64,000 nt of DNA, taken from contig CAZSQU010000002.1 of NCBI GenBank assembly GCA_964608985.1, positions 50,849-114,848 on the forward strand. The letters run 5' to 3'. Made by a program: the position numbers and the translations under genes. Below the pieces are notes generated by a model. The model ran no database searches. It was not told the origin of the DNA and worked only from the letters and a program-made list of their open reading frames with translations. Source of the DNA: an uncultured Spirochaetales bacterium. GTDB lineage: Bacteria; Spirochaetota; GWE2-31-10; CAYYKD01. Positions 10,482-19,172 of the stretch are shown here, piece after piece. The first letter of the stretch is position 1. Every line of letters begins with the position of its first letter.

Positions 10482-10689
10482 ATCCATACAAACATTCAAT
10501 GAAAAGCATTCAGGAATTAAATTCTATTATTCTTGAAAATAAAATCAGCCGGAATTCGCTATCACTGATTAAAATTCAGATTAATTAGTTCAATTTACAT
10601 AATTGATTCATGTCAAAAAAGAATTAATAATATAAAAGTAGCGTTTGAAAATCAATAAAACAGCTTATTAACAAAAAATAAAAAAAAGA

Positions 10690-10718
10690 TTGACACCCTA
10701 TATATAGTGTTATATATT
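10690..10718 (+). promoter_or_regulatory. sigma70-type promoter of nrdR (TTGACA - 17 nt - TATATT) with an NrdR-box-like palindrome ACACCCTATATATAGTGT occupying the spacer
   Basis: TTGACA at 10690-10695, TATATT at 10713-10718. The spacer contains ACAC...CTATATATAG...GTGT at 10693-10710, which matches the 16-bp NrdR-box consensus (as recalled, acaCwAtATaTwGtgt) at 15/16 positions. Confidence 0.5.
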
Positions 10719-10764
10719 GCTATTAAGCGTAATAATAGTTATAGGTAGTTGGGGTAAACATAAA

Positions 10765-11265
10765 TTGAAATGTCCTGTTTGTGCGAATTTTGAGGACAAG
10801 GTTCTTGAAACCAGACAGGTTGCAGATGGAACAAGTGTCAGAAGAAGAAGAAGATGTCTCTCTTGCGGTTACAGATTTACATCATACGAAGTTATCGAAG
10901 AGAAACAATTAATGATTGTAAAAAATGACGGAAGAAGAGAACCTTTCAGCATTGAAAAAATTTCATATGGTATAAAAAAAGCAACGGAAAAAAGAAAAAT
11001 ATCTTTGTCTGTTGTAGAGAATTTAATTTCAGATATCGAAGAAGAAGCAATATTTAAAAGCGGTGAAACTCATGAGCTCAGGTCAAAGGATCTTGGGGAG
11101 ATTGTTATGGAAAAACTTTCTGAGATTGATGAGGTTGCTTATATAAGGTTTGCATCTGTTTATAAGAAATTCAATGATCTGGATGAGTTTATTATTGAGA
11201 TCAAAAAGATAAAAAAAAGTTTGGGGAGGGGCAATGTCAAACAAAAGTCTGGCAAACTGGAATGA
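10765..11265 (+). CDS. nrdR: transcriptional repressor NrdR (zinc ribbon + ATP-cone)
   Basis: (M)KCPVCA...CLSCGYRFTSYE zinc ribbon followed by an ATP-cone (VIKRDG-like, KNDGRREPF). TTG at 10765 preferred over the listed 10717, which lies inside the promoter -10. GGGGT RBS 9 nt upstream. Confidence 0.85.
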   Translation: MKCPVCANFEDKVLETRQVADGTSVRRRRRCLSCGYRFTSYEVIEEKQLMIVKNDGRREPFSIEKISYGIKKATEKRKISLSVVENLISDIEEEAIFKSGETHELRSKDLGEIVMEKLSEIDEVAYIRFASVYKKFNDLDEFIIEIKKIKKSLGRGNVKQKSGKLE

Positions 11266-13330
11266 CTTTTTACGAGGTGAAAAAAGTGAAGAACGGTTTG
11301 TGGTAAATAAGGTTGTTAAAAGAGACGGTCAACTTGAGATATATAACAGAAATAAGATATACGATGCGATTAACGCATGTCTTTTGCACATCAATAAAGA
11401 TGACTCTATTCTTGCTGAGAGATTGACTGAAGCAACAGAAAAATCATTATCTAACTTTATGTCAAAAAGGCATCCGAATTCAGTTCCTGCGATAGAAGAG
11501 ATACAGGACATTGTTGAAAGGGTGTTAATGGAGCAAGGGGAGTTTGAGGCGGCAAAAGCTTATATTCTTTATAGATCTAAACATGATGCGGTAAGGGATT
11601 CCAAGAAACTGATGCTTGACATAGATAAAACTATGGACGGCTATTTGAATCAATCGGACTGGCGGGTAAATGAGAACGCAAATGTTAATTTTAGTCTTGG
11701 CGGTTTAATATTACATAATTCCGGTACTATAACAGCAAATTACTGGCTCAAAAATATTTATACACCTGAGATTGCTGAAGCTCATATAAATGCTGATTAT
11801 CATCTTCATGATCTTAGTATGTTCAGCGGATATTGTGCCGGCTGGTCATTAAGGCAGCTTATCAATGAAGGATTGGGCGGTGTAAAGGGTAAAATAAGTT
11901 CTAAGCCTTCGAAGCATTTATATACGCTTATTTTTCAGATAGTAAATTTCCTTGGGATTATGCAGAATGAATGGGCGGGTGCACAGGCATTTTCAAGTTT
12001 TGATACTTATTTAGCTCCGTTTGTAAGAGCAGATAATCTTTCTTATCATGAAACAAAACAGGCAATTCAAAGTTTTGTTTTTGGGGTAAATACACCTTCA
12101 AGGTGGGGCAGTCAAGCCCCGTTTACTAATATTACACTTGATTGGGTTGTGCCGGATGATATGAAGAACAAAAAAGCTGTTGTAGGCGGGGTAGAACTTG
12201 ATACAACCTATGGTGATTATCAGAAAGAAATGGATATGATAAATAAAGCATTTATTGAAATAATGATTACAGGAGATGCTAATGGAAGAGGTTTTCAGTA
12301 TCCGATTCCTACTTATAATATAACATCAGAATTTGATTGGGAATCCGATAATGCCAAACTGCTTTTTGAGATGACAGCAAAATATGGCACACCTTATTTC
12401 CAGAATTTTATTAATAGTGATCTTAATCCGTCAGATGTAAGGTCAATGTGTTGCCGATTACAGCTTGATAAGCGTGAATTACGAAAGAAAGGCGGCGGTT
12501 TATTCGGTGCTGATGAGTTGACAGGATCGATTGGGGTTGTTACGATAAATCTTCCAAGGATAGGATTTCTTGCGAAAAGTAAACAGGAGTTTTTTCAGCG
12601 ACTTGTTCATGTTATGGATTTGGCCGCAGAGTCACTTAAAATTAAAAGAAAGGTTATCACAAAGCTAATGGATGGTGGCTTATTTCCATATTCAAAAAGG
12701 TTTCTAGGGCATTTTAATAACCATTTTTCGACAATAGGTATAAATGGCATGAATGAATGTTTGATTAACTTTATGGGAAAGAGCATTGTTGATGTTGAAG
12801 GAAAGGAATTTGCTGTTGAGATACTTGATTTTATGAGAAAAAGGATTGCGGATTATCAGGAAGAATCTGGAGACCTATTTAATCTTGAGGCAACTCCTGC
12901 TGAAAGTACAAGCTATCGGCTTGCTAAGCATGACAAAGATAGATATAAGGATATTTATACATCAGGCGAGAATGATCCGTATTACACAAATTCTTCGCAG
13001 TTACCGGTTGATTATACTGCGGATATATTTGAGGCACTTGATCATCAATCAGACCTACAATCAAGATATACAGGCGGTACGGTTTTTCATGGTTTTATCG
13101 GTGAGGCGATTGAAGATTGGAGATCGTGTCGTAATCTGGTTAAGGCAATTGCTTATAATTATAGGATACCTTATTTTACAATATCACCGACATTCTCTGT
13201 CTGTCCGGTTCATGGTTATATTTCAGGTGAACATTTTAATTGCCCGAAGTGTGCCGATGAGGAGAGAAGGGAATTAATTGGTAGAATAAATGAGTTGGAG
13301 AATAAACGAAGAAGGCTTACGGCTGTTTAA
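11234..13330 (+). CDS. nrdD: anaerobic ribonucleoside-triphosphate reductase catalytic subunit NrdD (class III RNR); ORF ends after the zinc ribbon and lacks the glycyl-radical motif
   Basis: N-terminal ATP-cone (VVKRDGQLEIYNRNKI), large class III RNR barrel, C-terminal CPVHG...CPKC zinc ribbon. No RxCGY-type motif before the stop at 13328-13330. GGGGAGGGG RBS. Overlaps nrdR by 32 nt. Confidence 0.85.
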   Translation: MSNKSLANWNDFLRGEKSEERFVVNKVVKRDGQLEIYNRNKIYDAINACLLHINKDDSILAERLTEATEKSLSNFMSKRHPNSVPAIEEIQDIVERVLMEQGEFEAAKAYILYRSKHDAVRDSKKLMLDIDKTMDGYLNQSDWRVNENANVNFSLGGLILHNSGTITANYWLKNIYTPEIAEAHINADYHLHDLSMFSGYCAGWSLRQLINEGLGGVKGKISSKPSKHLYTLIFQIVNFLGIMQNEWAGAQAFSSFDTYLAPFVRADNLSYHETKQAIQSFVFGVNTPSRWGSQAPFTNITLDWVVPDDMKNKKAVVGGVELDTTYGDYQKEMDMINKAFIEIMITGDANGRGFQYPIPTYNITSEFDWESDNAKLLFEMTAKYGTPYFQNFINSDLNPSDVRSMCCRLQLDKRELRKKGGGLFGADELTGSIGVVTINLPRIGFLAKSKQEFFQRLVHVMDLAAESLKIKRKVITKLMDGGLFPYSKRFLGHFNNHFSTIGINGMNECLINFMGKSIVDVEGKEFAVEILDFMRKRIADYQEESGDLFNLEATPAESTSYRLAKHDKDRYKDIYTSGENDPYYTNSSQLPVDYTADIFEALDHQSDLQSRYTGGTVFHGFIGEAIEDWRSCRNLVKAIAYNYRIPYFTISPTFSVCPVHGYISGEHFNCPKCADEERRELIGRINELENKRRRLTAV

Positions 13331-13358
13331 ATTTTATTTATTTTTTAGGGGGGGGGAA

Positions 13359-13877
13359 ATGGAAAGAGTAATGGAGATTGATTCGCAATTGGAAGAACTG
13401 AGAACACAGCTCGCAAATGTAAAAGGGCGTGATACAGAGGTTTACACTAGGATTGTCGGTTACCACAGAGCTGTTGCAAATTGGAATAAAGGAAAAAGAG
13501 AGGAGTATTTTCATAGGAAAGTATTTAAGTATGATAATGTCGGTATTGATAATAAAATCAATTCGGCGACAATTTCAGTACAAAATGATAATAAAATCCC
13601 AGATGTTGAAAATTGTGATTTATCAATAACAAAAGAACAAGTTGCTTATTATAAGTTTTTTTATAGTAAGTATTGTCATAATTGTCAACCGGTTAAAAAT
13701 GCGATAAAGAATACTGCGATACCGGGTGAAGAGGTAGATGTAGGTATAGATTTTGGTTTTGATATGTCAAAGAAATATAATGTTATTAAGACGCCTACGG
13801 TTGTTTTATTAGATAAAAATGAGAATGTGCTTAATGTAATACACACTGTTGAAGAAATTCAAAAAATATTAGTGTGA
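13359..13877 (+). CDS. stand-alone glycyl-radical domain (NrdD C-terminal-like, TRIVGY...WNKGKREEYFHRKV) fused to an NrdH/thioredoxin-like CxxC redoxin domain
   Basis: ATG at 13359 follows a nine-G run (13348-13356) acting as a Shine-Dalgarno sequence. The listed start 13290 lies in an AT-rich, non-protein-like stretch overlapping the nrdD end. VYTRIVGYHRAVANWNKGKREEYFHRKV aligns, by recall, with the C-terminus of E. coli/T4 NrdD (RRTCGYLG...FNAGKQEEVKRRVKH). C-terminal YSKYCHNCQPVKNAIKN...KTPTVVLL has the thioredoxin-fold CxxC and cis-Pro loop and resembles NrdH (CVQC...LPVV). Confidence 0.6.
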   Translation: MERVMEIDSQLEELRTQLANVKGRDTEVYTRIVGYHRAVANWNKGKREEYFHRKVFKYDNVGIDNKINSATISVQNDNKIPDVENCDLSITKEQVAYYKFFYSKYCHNCQPVKNAIKNTAIPGEEVDVGIDFGFDMSKKYNVIKTPTVVLLDKNENVLNVIHTVEEIQKILV

Positions 13878-14560
13878 CAGACATATTTCTCGGCATACAT
13901 AAAACGACACTTATAGATTATCCAGCAGAGGTTGCAACTATTCTTTTTACAGGTGGTTGCAATTTTTTGTGTCCTTATTGTCATAATCCTGAGTTGGTAA
14001 ATATCGGAGATAACCCCAACTGGATCAATATGGATTATATATTTGAACATATAAAGAAAAGGAAAAATCTGTTGGGTGGTGTTGTTATATCCGGCGGTGA
14101 ACCATTAATTCATACAGGTATAATAGATATTATCTCAAGAATAAAGAGCATTGGGTTAAAAGTAAAGATCGATACAAACGGTTCTATGCCGGAAACATTA
14201 AAGATGCTCGATGTTGATTATATTGCTATGGATATAAAGACTGTTTTGTCCGGATACGGAAAATTTTGTACCGTTCTTAAGGATATTGAAACAAGAATAA
14301 ATGATTCGATCAAGTATATTATAAATTCCGGTATAGATCATGAATTCAGAACAACTGTTGTTCCCGGCATTATTGGTGAAAAAGAGATAACTAATATATC
14401 GGCAATGTTAAAAGGTGCTAAGAGAGTATATTTAAACAGATTTAAACCTTCTAAAACCCTTGATCCGGCATATATGGATGTTAAGCCGTATAGTGAAGAA
14501 GAGCTTGACCATTTTAGAAGAATTATATTTGATAACGGTATTCCATGCAAGGTCAGATAA
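13874..14560 (+). CDS. nrdG: anaerobic ribonucleotide reductase activating protein NrdG (radical SAM)
   Basis: GGCNFLCPYCHNPE (CxxxCxxC), ~230 aa, position immediately after nrdD. GTG start overlaps the upstream stop (GTGA). Confidence 0.8.
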   Translation: MTDIFLGIHKTTLIDYPAEVATILFTGGCNFLCPYCHNPELVNIGDNPNWINMDYIFEHIKKRKNLLGGVVISGGEPLIHTGIIDIISRIKSIGLKVKIDTNGSMPETLKMLDVDYIAMDIKTVLSGYGKFCTVLKDIETRINDSIKYIINSGIDHEFRTTVVPGIIGEKEITNISAMLKGAKRVYLNRFKPSKTLDPAYMDVKPYSEEELDHFRRIIFDNGIPCKVR

Positions 14561-14577
14561 CTTATTAAGGAAATTAA

Positions 14578-15879
14578 ATGTATAAATTCTATATAGAGAC
14601 ACTTGGATGTAATAAAAATCAAGTTGATTCAGAGAAAATGGCCGGTGTTTTAATTAATCACGGATTAAACATTACAGACGATTCTGCGGATGCTGATATT
14701 GTAATAATTAATACATGCGCCTTTATTAATGATGCAAAAGAGGAAGCTATTGAAACAATATTTCAGGCAGTTACTAATAAAACGGAGAATCAAAAGATTT
14801 TTGTAACCGGCTGTTTTGCTCAAAGATACCACGGTTCGATATTAGATGAGATACCGGAAGTTGACGGAGTTATGGGTGTTGGCGATATTTCATTAATAAT
14901 AGATTTGGTTGAGCAAAAATCTAATATATTACTTCCCGATTATTCAGAAGATAAAATATATGATCGCGTTATCTCAAATTATCCGGGGTGGGTATATATT
15001 AAAATAAGTGACGGATGTTCCAATAATTGTTCGTATTGCACAATTCCGTTGATTCGCGGACCTTTAAGGTCTAGATCTATTGAATCAATAATCGAAGAAG
15101 TGTTAAGACTAAAGACACTTCATATAAAAGAATATATTTTAATTTCTCAAGATACCGCAAACTACGGATTTGATGTTTTTGGCAGAATAAAACTTCCTGA
15201 GCTTATAAATAGAATTTCTGAGAATATTGACGAAGATGCTAAAATAAGGGTGCTGTACATGCATCCTGACCATATAGACAAAACTCTGCTTGATGAGTTA
15301 AAAAATAATAATAAATTTATACCATACTTTGATATTCCTTTTCAATCAGGTTCAGATAGGATTTTAAAAAAAATGGGAAGAAGAAACTCAAGTTCTGATA
15401 ATCTTGCACTGGTACGCCAAATCAGACAGAAATTTCCTGAGAATACAATTAGATCAACTTTTATTTGCGGGTTTCCAGGTGAGGATGAACAAGATCATCT
15501 TGCAACACTGAATTTTATTAAATCAGCAGATATTGATTGGTTAGGTGGTTTTAAGTACTCAAAAGAAGAAAATACCGTTGCTTATAACTATAAGCCCTTT
15601 GTTAGTGAAAGAATTAAACAAAGAAGGCTTGATCAAATAATTAAACTATCAGAAGAGATGACAACTGTTCGTCTTCAAAGGTTTCTTGGTACAATACAAA
15701 AAGTATTAATTGAGGAGCGGGTGGCAGAAGATAACCTATATATTGGAAGAATATGGACACAAGCACCGGAGGTTGACGGTTTAACTGTTGTGGAAGGAGA
15801 TAATCTGCCAATTGGCGGTATTATTACTGCTGAGATTAGAAATGTTAATGGTAATGATTATTTCGCGGTGGCTTTATGA
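14578..15879 (+). CDS. rimO: ribosomal protein S12 methylthiotransferase RimO (MiaB-family radical SAM MTTase with TRAM domain)
   Basis: N-terminal LGCNKNQVDSE and TCAF (MTTase N-domain cysteines), SDGCSNNCSYCTIP radical-SAM motif, ISQDTANYG, C-terminal TQAPEVDG TRAM region. ~433 aa fits RimO. Confidence 0.7.
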   Translation: MYKFYIETLGCNKNQVDSEKMAGVLINHGLNITDDSADADIVIINTCAFINDAKEEAIETIFQAVTNKTENQKIFVTGCFAQRYHGSILDEIPEVDGVMGVGDISLIIDLVEQKSNILLPDYSEDKIYDRVISNYPGWVYIKISDGCSNNCSYCTIPLIRGPLRSRSIESIIEEVLRLKTLHIKEYILISQDTANYGFDVFGRIKLPELINRISENIDEDAKIRVLYMHPDHIDKTLLDELKNNNKFIPYFDIPFQSGSDRILKKMGRRNSSSDNLALVRQIRQKFPENTIRSTFICGFPGEDEQDHLATLNFIKSADIDWLGGFKYSKEENTVAYNYKPFVSERIKQRRLDQIIKLSEEMTTVRLQRFLGTIQKVLIEERVAEDNLYIGRIWTQAPEVDGLTVVEGDNLPIGGIITAEIRNVNGNDYFAVAL

Positions 15880-17936
15880 GTTCATATCTGAATAATCTAA
15901 ACGACGCACAGAAAGAAGCAGTCCTCTCTGAATCAAGATATCAACTCATAATAGCAGGCGCAGGATCAGGCAAAACAACAGTTCTAACAACTAAGATTAT
16001 TCATATGATTAAAACAGGGCAGTATTCTCCCAATGAGATACTTGCTGTAACTTTTACAAATAAAGCTGCTATGGAGATGCGAGAGCGTATCGATAGTATC
16101 ATTGGCTCAGAATCTAATATAATGGTTAAAACCTTCCATTCATTCGGAACATATCTATTAAGAAAATATCCTGAAAATACCGGCAGAACAAGTTCATTTC
16201 AGATTTATGACGCAGATGATTCATATAAAGTTGTTGCAAAATCATTAGAGATACTTGAAAATAATAAGAATCTTGCAAAACAGTATTGTAATCTAATTCA
16301 ACAATTCAAAATGTCTTTGGATAATCCTGATTCAATAATGGCCGATGATGTTGATTTCTTTATTAAATTGAATAAGAGTTATAATGATCAACTTAGACGA
16401 TATAATGCATTTGATTTTGAGGACCTTATTGTAAAACCAATAAGTATTATGAAAAATAACCCTGATATAACCGATCAGATTAATCGAAGATTTAAGTTTA
16501 TCCTTGTTGATGAATATCAGGATTCAAATTACTCACAGTTTATGCTTATTAAAATACTTGCTTCCGGCGGTGCGTCTTTAACGGTTGTAGGTGATGAAGA
16601 TCAGTCAATATATAGTTTTAGAGGTGCTGAGGTTACAAATATTCTTAATTTCGAAAAACATTTTCCCGGGACACAAAGGATAACTCTAGAATTGAATTAT
16701 AGATCTACACCGGAGATAATCGATTTGGCCAATAGAGTAATTAATTGTAATAAAATGAGACTCGGTAAAACGCTTTATACTGTGAATAACTGCGGTGAGC
16801 TTCCGGTGTGTTTTGTTGCAGAAGATGAAGAAGATGAAGTAAAAAAGGTTATATCATATATAAATGAAAAATCACATGAATTAGGTGAAACAGCAGTTTT
16901 ATACAGAACTAACAATCAATCGCGTATTTTTGAGCAGGTTTTCAATAGATATAATATACCATATCAATTGATAGGATCAATTAGGTTTTTTGAACGGGAA
17001 GAGATTAAAGATGCACTTGCATTGCTAAGGTGGTTTGTTAATCCTTTTGATCTTATTTCTTTTGAAAGAATAATTTCAAAGCCTTCAAAAGGTATAGGCA
17101 CTAAAACACTTGATAAGATATATAAGATAGCAGATAAAGAAAATTTTAATATTTTATCTGCTCTTAAATTCTACAATAATAGTAAATATAATGATCAGTT
17201 AAACGATTTTATTATGGCTTATGAGATTCTTAATAATTATGAATTTAATTCTTTAGATCAGATACTTACTCATTTGGTAAAGAACACAGGGCTTCTAAAT
17301 TATTTTATAAACAAAGATAATAAAGATGGTACAGATAAAGCCGGAAATATCCTTGAACTTGTTTCATCAGCTAAAGATCGTGGTTGCGATCATGAGTCAA
17401 TAATTAACTATCTTGAAGAGGTTTCTTTGACAGGAAGCGGAGATGTTGAGACAGATACTTCAAGAATAAAGATATTAACTATTCACAACGCAAAAGGTCT
17501 TGAATTCGATACTGTGTTCGTTACAGGTATGGAGGATGGGGTTTTCCCTAATACTACATTAGTAGAAACAACTGAAGAAATTGAAGAAGAACGGCGTCTT
17601 TTTTATGTTAGTTTAACTAGAGCAAGGAAGAACTTATATATATCATATGCCAAAAGTAGAAATATCTATGGAAGAAAATCATTTCAAACTCCTTCTCAAT
17701 TATTGTATCCGATATTTGATTATGAAAAAATATTGCCAAATAATAGAATAAATGATAAAAGCGATTTTAATCTGGGAAATATAGTAATTCATAATGATTA
17801 TGGAAGAGGTAAAGTGATAGATCAATTTATTAATGGCGATAAGAGATTAATAAAAGTGGATTTTTATGATTACGGAGAATTTACCTTTATAGAAAAATAT
17901 TCCAAATTAAGAATTATAGGAGACAATAATGATTGA
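15876..17936 (+). CDS. pcrA: ATP-dependent DNA helicase, UvrD/PcrA/Rep family
   Basis: Walker A AGAGSGKTTVL, helicase motifs (TFTNKAA, VDEYQD, LELNYRST, GLEFD...VTGMEDG, LFYVSLTRAR). Start overlaps rimO stop. Confidence 0.8.
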   Translation: MSSYLNNLNDAQKEAVLSESRYQLIIAGAGSGKTTVLTTKIIHMIKTGQYSPNEILAVTFTNKAAMEMRERIDSIIGSESNIMVKTFHSFGTYLLRKYPENTGRTSSFQIYDADDSYKVVAKSLEILENNKNLAKQYCNLIQQFKMSLDNPDSIMADDVDFFIKLNKSYNDQLRRYNAFDFEDLIVKPISIMKNNPDITDQINRRFKFILVDEYQDSNYSQFMLIKILASGGASLTVVGDEDQSIYSFRGAEVTNILNFEKHFPGTQRITLELNYRSTPEIIDLANRVINCNKMRLGKTLYTVNNCGELPVCFVAEDEEDEVKKVISYINEKSHELGETAVLYRTNNQSRIFEQVFNRYNIPYQLIGSIRFFEREEIKDALALLRWFVNPFDLISFERIISKPSKGIGTKTLDKIYKIADKENFNILSALKFYNNSKYNDQLNDFIMAYEILNNYEFNSLDQILTHLVKNTGLLNYFINKDNKDGTDKAGNILELVSSAKDRGCDHESIINYLEEVSLTGSGDVETDTSRIKILTIHNAKGLEFDTVFVTGMEDGVFPNTTLVETTEEIEEERRLFYVSLTRARKNLYISYAKSRNIYGRKSFQTPSQLLYPIFDYEKILPNNRINDKSDFNLGNIVIHNDYGRGKVIDQFINGDKRLIKVDFYDYGEFTFIEKYSKLRIIGDNND

Positions 17937-18225
17937 TGAGGCAACAATCGATAAATTACTTGATATGTCAAGAATAGACATAAGACCTGACACAAGAAAT
18001 AAATTTATTAAACAAATAAAGGATATTGTTTTATTTGTAGATCAGATTGGAAAGGTTGATACATCTTTAATTGAGAATAGAGAGTCGGTGTTTGATACTG
18101 CAGATAGGTTTAGAGATGATAAGATCGTACATTTCTTTTCACAATCAGATCTAAGAAAATATACAAATAATCTTATCGATGGTTACTATGCTGTACCAAA
18201 GATTATTAATAAAGACGATCAATAA
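17929..18225 (+). CDS. gatC: Asp-tRNA(Asn)/Glu-tRNA(Gln) amidotransferase subunit C (GatC)-like
   Basis: 98 aa. VDTSLIE...RFRDD...IDGYYAVPKII resembles the GatC pattern (VDT..VEP...REDE...DGY..VP.I). Overlaps the helicase stop. Confidence 0.55.
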   Translation: MIDEATIDKLLDMSRIDIRPDTRNKFIKQIKDIVLFVDQIGKVDTSLIENRESVFDTADRFRDDKIVHFFSQSDLRKYTNNLIDGYYAVPKIINKDDQ

Positions 18226-18259
18226 CAAAAAAATATTTAGAAAAAAAATAATATAGATA

Positions 18260-18288
18260 TTGACAAATCAATAAAAAAAGATTATTTA
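18260..18288 (+). promoter_or_regulatory. putative sigma70 promoter for tRNA-Phe (TTGACA - 17 nt - TATTTA)
   Basis: Consensus -35, acceptable -10, ~24 nt upstream of the mature tRNA 5' end. Confidence 0.35.
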
Positions 18289-18311
18289 TTTATTGTAACT
18301 TTTAGTTATTT

Positions 18312-18384
18312 GCCCTTGTAGCTCAGTCGGTAGAGCAAAGGACTGAAAATCCTTGTGTCAGCGGTTCAATTCCGCTTGGGGGCA
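18312..18384 (+). tRNA. tRNA-Phe (anticodon GAA)
   Basis: Cloverleaf readable: D-arm GCTCAGTCGGTAGAGC, anticodon loop CTGAAAA in a GGACT/ATCCT stem, T-arm AGCGG-TTCAATT-CCGCT. Discriminator A, CCA not encoded. The acceptor stem has three G-U pairs as read. Confidence 0.85.
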
Positions 18385-18388
18385 AATA

Positions 18389-18416
18389 AAACCACCTTAT
18401 ATGGTGGTTTTTTTAT
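18389..18416 (+). terminator. rho-independent terminator after tRNA-Phe
   Basis: CCACC-ttatat-GGTGG hairpin followed by TTTTTTT. Confidence 0.6.
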
Positions 18417-18508
18417 TTCCGGTCAAGCAATCCAATTCGAAAAAAAATCGTTTTGTTCCGAAAAAAACAACTGAAATCAGTTTAATAAATTATGCTACAA
18501 TTACGATC

Positions 18509-19172
18509 AATTAGGGGGCGTTATTATGAAAAGATTTCTTATTACTATTTTTATGGCTGTTACGATTTTTAGTTATTCCAACACAACCTCAACTCCAAAC
18601 TATGAAGAAGCAAAGAACTTTGCATACGCGAGTTTAGGTTGTCACATCGGAGGGAGTGTATTGGAGAGTGTTGGAGCAGTGCCGATTTCAATTTTTACTC
18701 TCGGTGGTTTAGGAAATTGGATGTTTGCACCACCATTTATTATTTTTCCTGTATGTTTTTTTAGCGGTTTGATCTTAAACAAGATATTAGCAGGTGTATT
18801 TAGTATATATTCGAATTATCTGATATATGGAAACACCTTTCCTACAATCAATTCAGCAATTTTATATGGATTGAGCTGGATCCCGACATTACTTCTAACC
18901 ATACCGGGGTATTTTGGCGGCTTAATTAGCAGCATGCCTCATCTTGACATAGTCTTCGGAATACTGATTGGCTTGGGTACTCTTTTGTCAATCGCGGCAC
19001 AAGCGGGCAGTACTTCAATACCATTGTATGTTTTAAAGCTGTAACAGGGGCGTTATTATGAAAATATTTATTATTACTATTTTTATGGCTGTTACGATTT
19101 TTAGTTATTCCTACACAACCTCAACTCAAAACTACACAGAGGCAAAGAACTTTGCGTATGCCGGGCTTGGTT
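18509..19172 (+). repeat. tandem direct repeat: ~130-bp near-identical 5' gene segments (RBS plus first ~40 codons) at ~18509-18640 and ~19041-19172
   Basis: GGGGCGTTATTATGAAAA(G/T)ATTT...ATTACTATTTTTATGGCTGTTACGATTTTTAGTTATTCC...GCAAAGAACTTTGC is shared with only scattered substitutions. Confidence 0.6.
18526..19044 (+). CDS. hypothetical small multi-pass membrane protein (paralog A)
   Basis: 172 aa, signal/TM N-terminus MKRFLITIFMAVTIFSYS, several hydrophobic helices, GGGCG RBS. No known motif. Confidence 0.5.
   Translation: MKRFLITIFMAVTIFSYSNTTSTPNYEEAKNFAYASLGCHIGGSVLESVGAVPISIFTLGGLGNWMFAPPFIIFPVCFFSGLILNKILAGVFSIYSNYLIYGNTFPTINSAILYGLSWIPTLLLTIPGYFGGLISSMPHLDIVFGILIGLGTLLSIAAQAGSTSIPLYVLKL

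Noticed and set aside
10717-10764. Listed TTG start at 10717 for nrdR, giving a hydrophobic 16-aa N-terminal extension
   Set aside because: 10717 lies inside the -10 hexamer of the nrdR promoter. NrdR proteins start at the MKCP zinc ribbon, and TTG at 10765 has a GGGGT RBS.
13290-13358. Upstream extension of the glycyl-radical/redoxin ORF overlapping the nrdD 3' end (MSWRINEEGLRLFKFYLFFRGG)
   Set aside because: The sequence is AT-rich linker-like and includes the G9 tract, which reads better as an RBS. ATG 13359 is the more plausible start. A frameshift fusion with nrdD remains possible and is raised as a finding rather than annotated.
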